NCBI GenBank assembly: GCA_030141605.1
Contig: JAQGDQ010000131.1
Span: forward strand, 62,001 to 126,000
Length of the DNA stretch: 64,000 nucleotides
Reading direction: 5' to 3'
Origin: Tubiluchus corallicola
Lineage: Eukaryota; Animalia; Priapulida
The translations under genes and the position numbers were made by a program. How positions within the stretch are numbered: the first letter of the stretch is position 1; every line of letters starts with the position of its first letter. The notes beneath the pieces are model-generated. The model was given only the letters and a program-made list of their open reading frames with translations. It had not been told where the DNA came from and ran no database searches. Shown here piece after piece: positions 37,101 to 50,988 of this stretch.

Positions 37101-40100
37101 CATATTTCTCATCACTTGATTTCTCTGAGGCATCTTCATCAGCTTCCGGCTCCTCGGGAGGAAGTGGCTTCGTCGCTAAAAACTGAAAATAAAACTTACT
37201 CAGCAGCATGTCAAATTTGAAGACCACTTACAGCTAAAGGACAAAATATGGAAGAACATCTGCAGAGTGATGCTAGTGTAACTGATACTCGTACAATGTC
37301 TATAAAAAGTTGGTGACAAAAAAATCTTGTCATTGTTATCAACCAAATATTGAAGTTGGTTAAATTTCTGAAGGAAAGTCAAACAAACAAATAAGCAGAC
37401 AAACAGACAGATAGACGACCAACAAAAAAACAAAAAAGCAAGCAAGTAAACAAACAAACCTGCATTTACAAAAAAATATGACAAAAATTCTTGGTCTTAT
37501 CTTAACTAATAATGTAACAGACACTGTAAATCATTCATTATGCTGTCACATTCTACAGAATTCAACTAATTGAAATGTGGGTCTGGATAACCAAGATAAC
37601 AAAAATGCAATATTGACTTACTCTTTGAAATGGACTAGCAAATGCTACACTTGGTTCTTTGCTTTCACTGTTGTCAGAGTCAGGCTGAAATGCAAAAGTT
37701 AGCTGTTTATTAAGTTCTGTTAATACAGTGATGTAAGTAACAAAACCTTGATCTTGAATATTTCCTATAGATTTTTATAAGTTTTGATTACTTGTTTAAT
37801 TTTTTCATTACATGAAACTCATAATTTGACAGAATTTGGTATATATTTTCAAAATAAACATATATTAAATATACACTAATGATACTACAAAATACTATAT
37901 ATTTGCTGCCTGTTAAATTAATTTTCGACAGTAATTATTTGTTTTAATTTTTAATGTGATTACAAATCTACTTATTTTTATTTTTAGTATTATTTTATTA
38001 TTAATAATGATTGCTATTATAACTACAGTTATTTTTTTGGTTGAAAGTAAATCAAAACAACAAATCAAATTAGGTGACTCAGTGATCACAGAAGGCTTAG
38101 GAACTGCTGAACCACCAAAGTAGGAACTAAAATTCAGCAATGCTGGACAGTAAGTGTGTATGGGCGAGTTACTTCTAAGAGGTTTCATCTACCATATTGT
38201 CTTCAACTGTTTAACGCATCAAAAGGGAGGATGTACAAAGCCAACTGAAAATGCCTGAGACACCTCTGCTGGTTCAATATCTCGTTACACAGCTTTATCC
38301 TTAATAATGAAATAATAAAGCTCCTGCCACAACTTTCAAAACAAAAACTAGATTGAATGCTGAGTGATAAATTCCAGTATGCCAAATTGTTGTTTTTATC
38401 ATATTATGAGTAACTTTACATGCTAAACAAAATAAACAATAGATTATAACTAACGGTTGATAATATTACCGTATTACTGATTGCAAAAATGTCCTAAATT
38501 GATAAATTTATTAATTCAAAAAATGAGACTTACCGAATCAGCAAAAATGTTTACAATTGGCTTTTTTCTTCGCTTCAAATTGGAGACCACAGAAGCTGGA
38601 ATGAGCTTGTCTGAACTCGGGCCAAACAGAGAAGACATCTTTACAGAAACTAAACCTAAGTGTCCAAAAACATATTACACTGTAATAATGATAACAACCC
38701 AACCTAAATTAAAAACACACAACACTCAGATTATAATGCACATGGAGGCTTCCACTTGTATTCCCTGCCAACAAACAGTTTGGGGAACAATAATTATGCT
38801 TCAAATTATGGGAAATTTAATTTGTTGTTACAAAAAACTAAGACAAAATGAGATTATGTATACTAAGAGTCTTCAACACTATTGACTTAACCAACAAAAT
38901 ATTGGTTACCTAGGATAACTATACAATGGCATAATAGCAACGTAAAATAAACAGATCTTGGCCGTTTAGAAAAAAAAACAACACAAACAATCAGCCATGC
39001 TCTGCTTTTTTATAATTAGTTTTAAATTTACTATAGTCTAGCTCCACAGAAAACTACCAACACCTAAAAGGTAATACAGTTATATAACTGAGATTTTGCC
39101 CATTATAGTAATTCCACTGTTTTTATATTAATAATGTTCAAGGCACAAAACATTATTATTTTATGGTACTTTGTTACTAGTCGTAAAATATGACCAATAT
39201 AAAATCTTCCTAATGTATAAGTATGCCTGCTGTCAAATAAGGTATTTATAAATTATTACCTGTGTCAGTATAATGAGATTCTTCACCTGGGTCATCCAAA
39301 TGTGAAAAATCGTGAGGACAGTTGAGTAAACTGTCAGGTCTCAACTTAGGGTCTTCAGATTGCAGTTTAACAGGTGCAGAGATGGTTGTTGTCTGTGATA
39401 GCATAAAAATCATTAACGGAAAAAATTAAATTACCAATTATTTAATTGGATATACACATAAAGTTTTGTTTTCTCCACTTTCAAATTCACAATAACCAAT
39501 TTGACTAGTTTCGTTTCGTTAACCAAAGATTAACGAGTTACAAATGGAAGGCAACAAAATTCTTTAAAAGCAAGAAATTGAACACTGTCATAGTATAATG
39601 CTGCTTCACTATAAATAATTAAAAAACTCAATAAACAGTTTGGGAACAACACACATGATTTGATTTTTTTCACTATTTAAAAGACTAGACAGTCAAGCCT
39701 AGAAGAATGAAGGCCATGAAAAAGTGTGAGTCCACCAAGATTTGAACTCAGAACCTTGTGGCTACAGGCTAAACACCTCTAGCCATTTGAGCTATCAACT
39801 TGCACTCATCTTCAAAGTTGTGCTTTTCGCAAGACCAATGATGATGAATATTTTGTTATGGTAACAAATCTTAAAGAATCACCTCACTCAGTGGCACATC
39901 CCTTGCCTTCAAAATAATCTGATGTATGTCATTCAGCTGTTGACGTACCGGCGTAGGAATGGGGTTGCAACATGCCAAAATGCCCTGCATTTCTCTAGGA
40001 AGAGCTTCGCATATCTGCAACAGCATATGATTCGGCAACACATACCTGAAAGCATTGTTGCATATAATGCTTTAGTCATTGGGCACAAATCAGCACCACA

Positions 40101-43100
40101 AAATGACCTGGTCAATAAGTAATTTAGTGTTTTCTTCCTTGAGTTTGGAACAGATTTAATACGAAAGCTTGAATCATAAAGTCTTTCACTTAAGTCTTTA
40201 ACACGAAATGCATGACCTAATCATCACTTAATTTACGACTACTTGGGTGCAAAATACATTACATAGTCCAAAACATCTGTAAGTGTCTCACTGTCCCAGT
40301 ATATTAGACTCCACTGGGATTTGTACCCATATCTTTAGCATTCTGGGCAACTATGCTAGCTACTTGACCAAAAAGAAAATTTAATTTCTCCTCAAATGTA
40401 GGTTTTAATGCAGTAAAAAACCATGTAAAGTACAGAATATAAAACCTTGCAGGAAATTCAATGCGTGGTGTGAAAATCACTATAAAAGTAGATTAAAACT
40501 ATTTTCAGTAGAAGCAAAAGTTCACTATACCAAACGTTATCTGACTTTGGACTATGTATAATCTTAACCAACGAGGTAATGTTTCACCACTAAAAAAATT
40601 ATTCTTCGAAACCAGAGAAAGAACTGGTTTCATTAACATTTCAATGACAATAATAAACTGACCCAGTGCTTTCATCCTCCTTCCTAGCAGTTCCATCCCT
40701 CCAGGCATACAAGTTCTTCAAAGCAGCTAACTGTCTATTGTTAAACACTTTCTTGCTGCGAGCATACACCTCTCTGTAAAGTTCTTCGTTAAATACAGGC
40801 TTCACATAAACCTAAAAAGTACAAGTACATTGTTGTTGAATTCTCTATTGAAAAGTAACTAGTTTTTAGATGGTCTATATTCCTGGTCCTATGGCAGTGC
40901 ATAACTAGAGAAAATACACTAATCTTCACAGTTTCGCTTGCTTACACTTTAATATAACTGTTTTATCATTACAATTTTATTTAAAAATATCAGTGCAGTT
41001 CTTTCACAAAAAAATTAAACACATAAAAAAGCAATGACTCCCTTTAAAGCAGACCTCAGATTTTACGTGATGCAAATTGTAACTTCGTACAAAACTCACC
41101 AAGCAGTTTTACATAAATTATAATAATGACTTTAAGACCATACCAACACACTTGCTTGCAAATGCTGAAGTGGCTCCCTCTACAAAGAATGCATAGCCTA
41201 ATAAAGAGGTAACTCGTCCGGCAAAAACAATTTGTTTTTAGAAAAGTGTAAATTTTAGCAAAAAATCTATTGAGTGCACATAACTTTGTCAGTCCTGCAC
41301 GAATATAAATAAATTTATCAGTTATGGTGTTTTGTATCTTGCTTGATATTAATACTAACATTAAAAAAATTACCAACTTATATTTCTTAAGCCTCTTTCC
41401 TATACGGTCCTTTGTGACACTAAATAATAATTCTTATATTACTTCCTAAAGAACCTAAACCTAATCAGTTGAGATTATGTCCGTATTTTGCAATCGGCTG
41501 CCACTAAAATCTTATCAACTTTGCCCTTCAATGATACCTAAAACAAGTTTCATCATTCGCTAGTTTTTCAGTTGGCTTGGTGACAAATTCAAATGCCTTC
41601 TTATCATGTTGTAACATATCAGCAGTCAAACTATTAAAAATTCCAAAATTTACATTTAAAAGGTAAAAAACTCTTACGGTTTCACAAAGTTGCCGACTTC
41701 GTTCCAATACTGAAAGCAGCAAGTTTTTTTGTTTGTTGCCCTTTGCCAGCAATTCGTTCTTCATGACGGCATAAATGTATAACAGATAATGCGTGTCGGA
41801 TCTTGCATACCTGACAAGTTCATCTGGAAGAGGTCTGAATGAAACACAGCACAATTTAAAAACCACAAAACATACGTGATGCAGTTGGCTTCTTTCCAAC
41901 ATTACTTGACATAGAAAACACTGATGACATTTAGACTTGAATATTCATATTGATATTTATTTGCAACAAACAAGCTAGCATATCGAAGTACTGAAAACTA
42001 AGTTATTTTTTTGAGTTGTAATACAAGAACTAGATCAACTTGTAATCATAAGAAAGTAAAGCTAGCTTAGTGATTACACTCAGTCTCAGACTTCTTACAC
42101 CATTTTGAACAATAATATTACAGATAAAAATAATTACTATATACAAATTAGGAATTATAATGTTAGAATACATAAAAACCTTATTCTCCAATCAGCTAAC
42201 TGATATTGTTTATCAGCTTCTACTTTGCAATAGTCTCTCAGAAGGTGAGAGAGACCGTGTCGCGGACGACCCAACACACGCGACGCTTGACCAGTATCAA
42301 ACATATTCACAACGTAAATGCTGAAATCTCTCTGAAGCCAAACAATATCCAAGTCCGCTCCATGAAACACCTAAAAATGAAAACAATAACGTGATGTGCA
42401 GTATAATCTCTTTGACAAAAATGCAACAGATACTGGTGAATAGAAAACCTATGTTACATAGACTATAAGAATAACAAGACGTGCATTATTTTCAACAAAT
42501 TTAGCAGCCGATTTTTTTTAGCAGATAAACTCAGAACAGTGAAACATGTCTTTTCAACCACTTAAAAGGAAGCAATTTGCAATCTTGGATCACGGCACAA
42601 AACAATCTAAGTGTAAAATACTGAAAAGAAAAATATTTGATTAAAAATGATTTACATGAAGAAATTATTACCATGGCAACCAAATTTTGTGAGTTTTCGT
42701 TAACAAAGCCAACACATCTGACACGATGAACAAAGGTAAGCGTCGAATCTGAGCAGCAAAACACATTCAACTTATTACATCAAAGACGCCTCGTTGAATC
42801 ACGTGTTAATTCAGCGATGAACAGGAAATTTGAAATTTTACACAATTTTAAGATTTTCAGAGTTTTGTTACACAGTCAATGCTATGCGGCAATGTCCTGT
42901 TTCATTTACTGCTTTCGCAAATGATAAAACACATGCAGAATGCTTGTGGAAGGTTCTCACCATCACAAAATTGTCTGTACTTATTTTATTTGTTTTTGCT
43001 TGGAAGTGGTCCTGACAAGCCACTGGCATAGCAGTCCAGTTTAACTGTCTTGATAGCAGATATCTTTTACTGTAGAATTCTGCCTTCCCAGTAGACATAC

Positions 43101-46100
43101 TGGGTACACGATGATGATGATTTATTTTATTTTATTTCAGAAAATGTTTGTATAGGAAATAGTTTAGGCTTATATAAAACAGCTTGTTTATTAAAAGGAC
43201 CTATACTTATGATGAGTTTGCACACCAAAGTTTCTAAGCCAATACTTTATCACAGGAAACATTTTAAAAATTATTGTAAGTAATAACATGTATATTTCAG
43301 ACAACACAGCAAGACAAAATTTGGTCTTTCCTTTCAGATCTACAATAAAAATGGAAACTAAGTTTAATATAAATAAAATATATAACTAAGTAAAAGTATT
43401 ATGTATATGATACCTTGACAATTTTGGGATCAGTAAAGACTTCATTCAGCATGTGCATCTCACTACGCAATTCTAAAGTATCAATGATGTAATCGTGAGA
43501 CTCTGTCGACAGCTGCATCAAGCATGTAAAACCTTGAAACGTTCTGTATGAATGTGCCTGTAAAAATGACATATTTTCTGAACACCATCAAGCAAATCAG
43601 TTACAGGCTTGCTCTACACAAAAATGAAACCCAGAAATAATTATTTAGTAACATGAGATGTCCTTGGATATATAATAACAATGTGTACCATCTTAGAATA
43701 ATTGTATACAAAAGCATCGACAACAAAAATCATCAGCATATTGTAGCAGAAAACTGTGATGTAAGCAATTTACATTTTTCTGTTGAGTTTACTGACAGGC
43801 TTTCGGTAAGATGTGGTGTTTGATAAGATTGGTAAGATTTTGGTAATGGGAATGTTCAGTTTTCCTTTTACTGTTGTTCCGCCACACTTGAGCAGAGGGC
43901 AGAGGAAAAGCATATGAAACTTGAATCTTGGTCAGGTTGCTGCTGGTGACTCCTGGCACAGTGGCGCATAAATAACGTGTGAATTCTGTAATTCTTTTGA
44001 CTTTGATTGCATTGCAAACTGCCACCTTATCTTTTTCGGATAACATGGTTATCTAATTTTCGTTGACAATTTTCTTAGCTGTGAGTTAAGAATGAGAAAA
44101 CAAAAATTCCACAAAAATCGCACATCATAAATATAATATTCACACTCAAAAAGTAATATTCTGCTGCATATTACTAATTGCTAACATATTACTTGTTAAC
44201 AATGCCCTGTCAAAAAACACAATTGTATTACTGTGTTTTTACAATTGTAAACACAAGAATGATTATTATTGTCTCTAGATTTCAATTTAAGTGCGAAAAT
44301 TCTTACTTCTAAATCAACAGCAAATTCTCGCTGCCCCTTTAATATATCAGTTAACTTTTCTAGCTTCTCCACAGTTCTGATGAAAGATAACGGCGTGTTG
44401 TCTAGTTTAGCTGGTGGGGCAGGAGTGACTTGTTCTAACTGATCATCTAGAGGTTGAAAATGGTCCAGTTCGTATTGGTACGGATGAGAGGAACTGCAGC
44501 AAACACAAAAGGTTGCTATATAGTCACAAACTCAAAAACAATTTTTCATAAGGGCAGTAAAACATAATTTTTTATTACAAAATGTTTGAAACACGAAAAA
44601 ACAGTTATATGTGGTGAACAGCTGAGTGGTCATGACGCATATAAAAATTTGCAATGGAAATTTACAATGGTAAGACATGTCAGTGACTGGATGGGTAACC
44701 GCCTTCAATATTAGCTCAGTTTTATTTGGCATACAGATTTTAACTGTTTATCCCATTTAAGGAGAATGTATATACATCCGAATGTGGCTATGCTACCTCT
44801 GCTGGTTCAGTGACTCATCTATAGGGTTAGCCTTGATAATGAGCTAGAGTCCAGTTTTGCCACAACCATCAAATCACTAGCATTAAGTTCACCATCTTAG
44901 AGTGGTTCACTAAGAACCCTTCAAATTCTAGATGTACAAATAACAAAACTCGTAACAAAATTTTAAAGTAGATATCTTCACTTAGAGTGAGCACTATCAT
45001 AAATACAGAATGTTTTCAATTTTAGTTTCAAGTAAATTTTACAAAGTAAAGGGTTAAAGACAAAGCCTAACAAAATCCAAGAAGACCTTTTCCAGGAACT
45101 ATGACAGTTTTTATAGGAATCGAAAAATTAAATGGTTGTGTTAACTCACTGTTTTTCATCTTCATCTGTCGTAAGATGTGGATTCCACGGCTTTAATGCA
45201 TTATGTTTCTTCTGAAGATTTGGCTCAAATAAGGCGTTACTATTATCTACCTTGTCCTTGAATTTTATTTGTGGGCGTAAAATGTTCTTTGCCGCCAAAA
45301 GCTTGTAACCCGGTGATTTTGGTGACACACATCTCTAAAAATATATTCAAGGTGTACTGGAAAAATACTCGGTGAATTGACAAGTAGACACAATTATTGT
45401 TTAGAGAATACTGATAAATACAACTGTAATATATTAAGCACTAAAGAATATTGAGTAAATGTAATTATAATTGAAGTTTAATTGCCAAAAAGAATTTAGA
45501 CAAAACAGGACATCCATTGAGCAAATTATCTACTAGTCTCCACGGCACAGCGCAATCTTATAATCTGCGCGCAATCTAACTATGCATATCCTGCATTCCT
45601 AGTGCAAACAATACAACAACGGTAGTGAATACATTGTCAGAAACAATGACCACAATTTGGGAATGAATTTGAACAAAATGGGTTTACAAGACTGTGAACA
45701 GTTCAAAAAATTTAAAGAAATTAGTTGGAAGTTTAACAGTTTTTATCAAAAATGCTGACAAACTGCAATTTCAGAATGTACAAAATGTTGTTATACATGT
45801 TGCTTATGGGTTATTATCGTGATTTCACGTACAACTATGTGTTTTGTTACCATGCAACATGTTAAAATGTTTCAAGCAACAACCAAATTGTTCAGTTCCT
45901 TATTAACATTTCACTGGACTTTTAACACACTTAATCTGTTGTGTCTTACTCTGTTCTTTGACTGTGGTCAGCGAAACTTTGTACTTTTGTGTTTTTTATT
46001 TGCTGTGCTTCTGTGTATTTCAAACAATGCCTACTCTGTAATATTGAAGAACAAGGTACTAGTAACTAAAGCACAGAATATCTTCAGCAAGCCTGATAAA

Positions 46101-49100
46101 AAAATGCCCTCAGCACGTGGTGTTCTTGGATGTTAAACGACAAAACAGTTCTGTCTCTATTATCATAAAAATGGAAAAGACAGCAACTCTTCCTCACTGT
46201 GTCTTGACATCTTAAATAAACTCAGAACTGTCTACTCCAATATTATCTGGCAGCCTTAGCTTTTTCAGCTGCAGCCTGTCAAAGGCTTACTCTGGGTTAT
46301 TCCTAAATGTAGAGTAACTGCATATATATTCAGCTTTTTTCCCTTGGGCTTCTTATCTGTGGAACTTCTTTTCTACCAGAAAAGTGTTTCCTGAAGACTG
46401 CAACTTTGCTTGATTTAAGCAGAATGCCAAAAGATACATTCTAGCACTAGGAAACTAGTACTGGGGTAATTTGTATAAAAATAAGGCTAGTTCTGCTGCC
46501 CAAATTCAGTACCTCAAAGGATAAAATTTTGCAAATTTAACTTACATCTCTGTTCCAACTCGTCGTAATGGCATCTTTTGGCACTAGAGAAGATACAAGC
46601 AAAGACTGATCTTTCTTCTTATCACCTGTTGCTTCATCCAATGATGCACCCTAAAAATAGTGCACAAGACAGATATATTAACTGTTAGCATGCCGCTTAA
46701 TGTTGCAAACTACAATTACGATTGCTGGTGATCTATGTCTCTAGTTTGAGCCCATGGTATGCAACCTCGAAACAGTTCTACACGTTATTAGCTATGTGTA
46801 TAAACGTCTTTTCCTGTGTTACTTGCAAGCAGGGTGCAAATTTCACACCTGTCCTGCCGAAAATTCTGTTAAATCTGCCCGAGGACAGGCAGAAGCCATC
46901 TGTATACTGGCTACCATGGCTGCTAAACTAAGCTTGCCATTTTAACTACGTCTACGTATATTAATGAAACTTTGTATTTTTTCTGAATAAAGGTACACAG
47001 TTACCAAATACTAATACACAGCTTCCAAAAAATTGTTATGCTTACACCACAGTTTAAAGTTTAAACAAATCTGGTTGCCTTTTCTAAGAAGCACCTAAGC
47101 ACCAAATCACAAAAAGTTGTTACAAAAAAGTTTTTGCATGTTACTATGAGGACGCACCAGATGAATGACATTCTCGCTGGCGCATGCTAGATTTGAAAAG
47201 CTCTACTTACTCGCGCACCGAATGAACTATTGTAAAAAGGCAAAAATATGAAATAAAATAGACAAAATACAAGTCTATTTGACTAAAACGTATGCTGTTA
47301 GTATTTAGCTGTTTTACACAATATTTAATGAGGACATTGATTTTTGTATAAGGAAGAGTATATTATGTAATGTTGTCAAATTACTGTACAAAATTAGTGT
47401 TGTATAGGATTATTTACGCAAAGAAAAAAATGGGGGCAGGGAAATCTTTGTGGAGACAGGCAGACTATTTTAGCTGTGTGTCTTCACTTTCGGTAGAAAA
47501 TTTGCTAAACTTGCACCCTGTATAAGTGTGACCTGACTGGTAATAAGCAATGATAAATAACTTGTCTGCAAAGGTATATAGCATCATTATCTATCCTATG
47601 ATGATGAAATTGTTGTTAAATAACTTGCTTATCTAATGCCTCGACAAGGTAAAATTAATGTGAAATATCTGGGCTGCATTAAACATAGACAGGAAGTAAG
47701 TTAAATAACATCAAAAATCAACTGCAGATTGGCCACATGTATGTTTACTGTTACACACTGACCCCCAGAACAAATGTTTTATAAATATTAATGGCGTACC
47801 ACACGTTCCATCAAGCCATCATTTGCATCGATTACAGTGTCAAATTCATCACCATGCAACGTGCTGTCATTGCCATCTAGTTTCACTTTGATTCCACTGT
47901 GCCGCAGAAGTTCCGTAATGCTGTAAGTATACATAGATCCTAAGTCAACATGCATGTTGCAATAAAAGAGTGTAACAAAGTTCAATTCAATTTTTTTGAT
48001 TCGAAAGTATACTTATCTCCAATATAATGTTCATATGACAATTATAACAAATTGTGTAAAGTGTGTAGAAAACTTAAAAGAATTTACAAATAGTTCAATG
48101 AAATAAGATGTTTAGCTTTTAAAAATAAGTTTACAAATATGCAGTTTTTCAAGTTTACGTGTAAAATTATCTATTAAATTTATAGTTTTTTTCAGCTGGT
48201 AATATTGTAAATAAACACTAAGCTTTTTCTAGTTCAGAGAATTTAAAAAAAATATGATTTATTTGAGAGTTACAGTTGTTTGTCATGTGGTGTAACTAAA
48301 ATTAATGTTATATCTTTTCAATTAGCATATTTATACACACTTGTTCAATATTCGTTGACCCTCTACTTTCATAACCTCGGTGAAGGCAGGAAAACTGCTG
48401 TAATAGTCAAAGTCATCACCACTAGTGGGCAGTTCATTAGAACTTTTGACAGCACCCAACACTGATTTCAATACAGTCTGGAAGAAAAAGCTATTAATGG
48501 CTTACATAATTCAATTCAATTCAATTCAGTTAGTTATTTGCATACTTCTCAATATGAAATTATAGGGCTGACTCAAATCAACACTACTTTTGTTGCTGTC
48601 TGATTTGGTGGAGAGGATCGAGCATATTCGTTGTTTTGTTGTTTCAACGGTGTCCACGCTATCTGATCCAGACAGGCACTAAGACTCTATCCATGTGCGA
48701 GACACAAGTAACATTTTTCGCCAGCACTATCCTCCTATTTATTTTAGTCTTCTTTTCGTAATCAGCACTAACGGTTTTCAAAATCTAAACTGTCCATAAT
48801 ATTTCTAAAAAACTTACCCGTAGAGAATTCCTCCATCGCCATTTGTACCCTTTCTAGCATTTTTCTTAAAATTTGCAGATCCTCTGATCTAATCATTTCT
48901 TGAAAACTTTTCTCTTGGCGTGGTAAACTTCTTTTTATTACCTCAAATTCAAGCAGATAGTCATATCCTCTTCTTTTTTGAAAACAGGACACATCAAATC
49001 TTTCTTAAATTGACTTTGTAATTTTTCTTAAGTAACAACAAATTTAGTATAATTTCTACTACCCCTTTCACCTAGTCTTGTGTCAAATGTGTTATGTAAT

Positions 49101-50871
49101 GTAAAAATCTTAACTTTGTCTTTGACTTTATCTCATCTATGGTATTTCTTTTTACAGTTTTTCTTATATTTTTTAACTAGTTTTTTCCATGCTGACTTTC
49201 AACTTGAAGTGAATATTGAGTTTGTACTTCCAAATTATACTGTTTTCCCAACTGCTCAATGACTTCTGTCCAACACCTTTTATTTGTTTTTTTTTCACAT
49301 CTCTTTCATTATCCTTCAAGCCTCTCTAAACTCTTTTCTGGATTTGCTTCACTTTTTCTATTCTATTTAACTCCTCATTTGACAGATCACCCCATGTTAT
49401 ATATGATACTATATATATGATACTTGGTATTACAATAGTCTCCAGCAAATGTAATCTCGTTTCCATTGCCAGTATTCAACTCGGTTATCATATATCCTAC
49501 TTGCTCTTCTCTCTTTGTTATATGCATATCTTTTTACCATTTTTATATGTATTCATTTAAGTTATACCAAGTTGTTTCTGGAATTAATCATTTTCTTACT
49601 GTTACTACTACTGAATCATTTGATACACTTTTCTTTTGTTTTCCATTAACCACTTATAGTATTTGAGACTTTTTATGTTAAAAATGATTTTTTTCTTTTT
49701 TTCAAAATATTCACAGACATTCAATCCTGTGTATTTGTTTATTATTTCCTATCCCTGCTATGTCATCTAGGTATATTCTAACATTTAATCTCAGTTCTGA
49801 TCCTATTGCAACACTTGCATTTTCACCAACACTGTTTATTCTGTCGGTTGCTACACAACATAGTCTTGGGCCCAAACTGTTCCTTGACGTACAATTTCAC
49901 CATAAAAGTAACCATTATTGGCGTTTCAATCTTTGCCTTACCTTCCTTATTCATTTTGTAAAATTTATTTATTTTTTCTGGTATTTGAATCCCTTTCTTC
50001 CCTTTCATCCACAACTCTATTAAACAGTCTCAAATTTATCAAAGCATTTTTCTGCATCTAAAAACAGTATTTTAAGTTCTTGGTATATCTATTTGTATTA
50101 CTTTGCTAGTATAAATTGTAAATATATGGTCAACTGTTCCTCTGTTTTTCCTTCCTCTACATTGACTTTTTGTAATTCCAGTTTCTAATACACTTTCGTT
50201 TCTGTTCAGTAAAATTCTTTCGTACAGTTTCATTAACCCATTTGTTAAGAATATACATCTCCTGTTATTATAATATTAATAATTAATATATCATGTATAC
50301 CACCCCTTTTTTGAATAGTGATTTTATTAACTGTTTGTTTATTAATCAGACACATTTGTTATTATTTTAATGCATGCATTTTGCAGTTAGGTTCAGTTCA
50401 CTATTTTGAAAGTTTATTTAAATTTCTGTTTGGCCAGCTTACTTTTCACTTCATTTAATTTGTTTTTTATTATGTTCATTTAATATTATTGTTATTATTT
50501 TGCATGTTTTTCTCATTCTGAGTTATATATCTTATTTTGATAGCTTCAGTGTCATCTCACTAATTACATACATCCATTGAAGGGTGGCTTGACTAGTTGA
50601 CCCTCTTGGTCTTTCGCCATCCTATTTCCATTGTGATAATTAAACACATTTACTTGCTCAATTATATAATGAATATGGAAATAAAATGCACGTTTGAATT
50701 GAATTATTCACTGTAACATAAAAGGCTTCATTAATTTTTGTATTGGATATGTATAAAATACTACACTGGTACCTGAGTGTATGAGGCTATATCAGAAGAT
50801 TCGCTTAGCAGATTAGCAGATGTACTTTTTTCACTTGCTTTACACACTTTCTCCTCTGTGGGCTGCGCCAT
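34102..50871 (-). CDS. EXOSC10: Exosome component 10 (RRP6/PM-Scl100) 3'-5' exoribonuclease, 19 exons, ~863 aa
   Basis: Minus-strand exons 50871-50773, 48477-48341, 47920-47800, 46650-46546, 45334-45150, 44493-44307, 43557-43414, 42370-42180, 41834-41678, 40811-40663, 40045-39883, 39392-39260, 38655-38534, 37684-37622, 37182-37087, 36501-36331, 35890-35710, 35295-35231, 34224-34102 are all in phase. PMC2NT: [11 protein letters not shown]. DEDDy: [64 protein letters not shown]: [24 protein letters not shown]-terminus: [14 protein letters not shown]. Confidence 0.95.
39690..39801 (-). mobile_element. tRNA-derived SINE head / tRNA pseudogene
   Basis: Minus strand: gttgaTAGCTCAAATGGctagaggtgtttagcctgtagccacaaggttctgaGTTCAAATCttggtggac. 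A and B boxes are present with tRNA spacing, but the stems pair poorly. Confidence 0.6.
44660..44870 (+). mobile_element. SINE-family copy related to 30110-30500
   Basis: aatgtatatacatccgaatgtggct..acctctgctggttcagtgactcatct..ccttgataatgagc matches the 30200-30460 body. Confidence 0.55.
46305..46450. repeat. Dispersed repeat copy, related to 56054-56190
   Basis: Shared atgta.a.t.actgc..ttccctt..gcttcttat.tgtggaa..ccagaaaa..cctgaa.a..caac..gaatg.caa..ata..ttcta between the two loci. Confidence 0.55.
46830..47520. mobile_element. hAT-like non-autonomous element
   Basis: TIR cagggtgcaaattt (46830) / aaacttgcaccctg (ends 47520), 13/14 match, with related subterminal gacaggcaga motifs. No clear TSD. 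Confidence 0.6.
48508..50330 (-). mobile_element. Decayed 5'-truncated LINE (RTE/RTE-X-like RT) in EXOSC10 intron 1
   Basis: Minus-strand fragments [70 protein letters not shown], with a (TTGAA)n tail at 48508-48527. The clade assignment is tentative. Confidence 0.8.
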
Positions 50872-50988
50872 CTTACTCATTTATGCCCTCTAGTGGCTAG
50901 TGTTTGATCGTGATTTTCCGGAAAAACGCCGATGTCTGTTTTTTCTAAGCATGCGTCGTTCTCCGTCGATCGACCTTGCCGAGACAAG
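50872..50988. promoter_or_regulatory. Compact bidirectional promoter (EXOSC10 / probable GAPDH non-coding exon 1) with a CTCF-like motif
   Basis: EXOSC10 ATG at 50871(-), TGCCCTCTAGTGGC at 50884-50897, a CpG-rich patch, and a plus-strand donor aag|gtaggt at 50988/50989. Confidence 0.55.

Noticed and set aside
39731-39801. Functional tRNA gene
   Set aside because: A/B boxes are present but the acceptor, anticodon and T stems pair poorly; treated as a SINE head or pseudogene.
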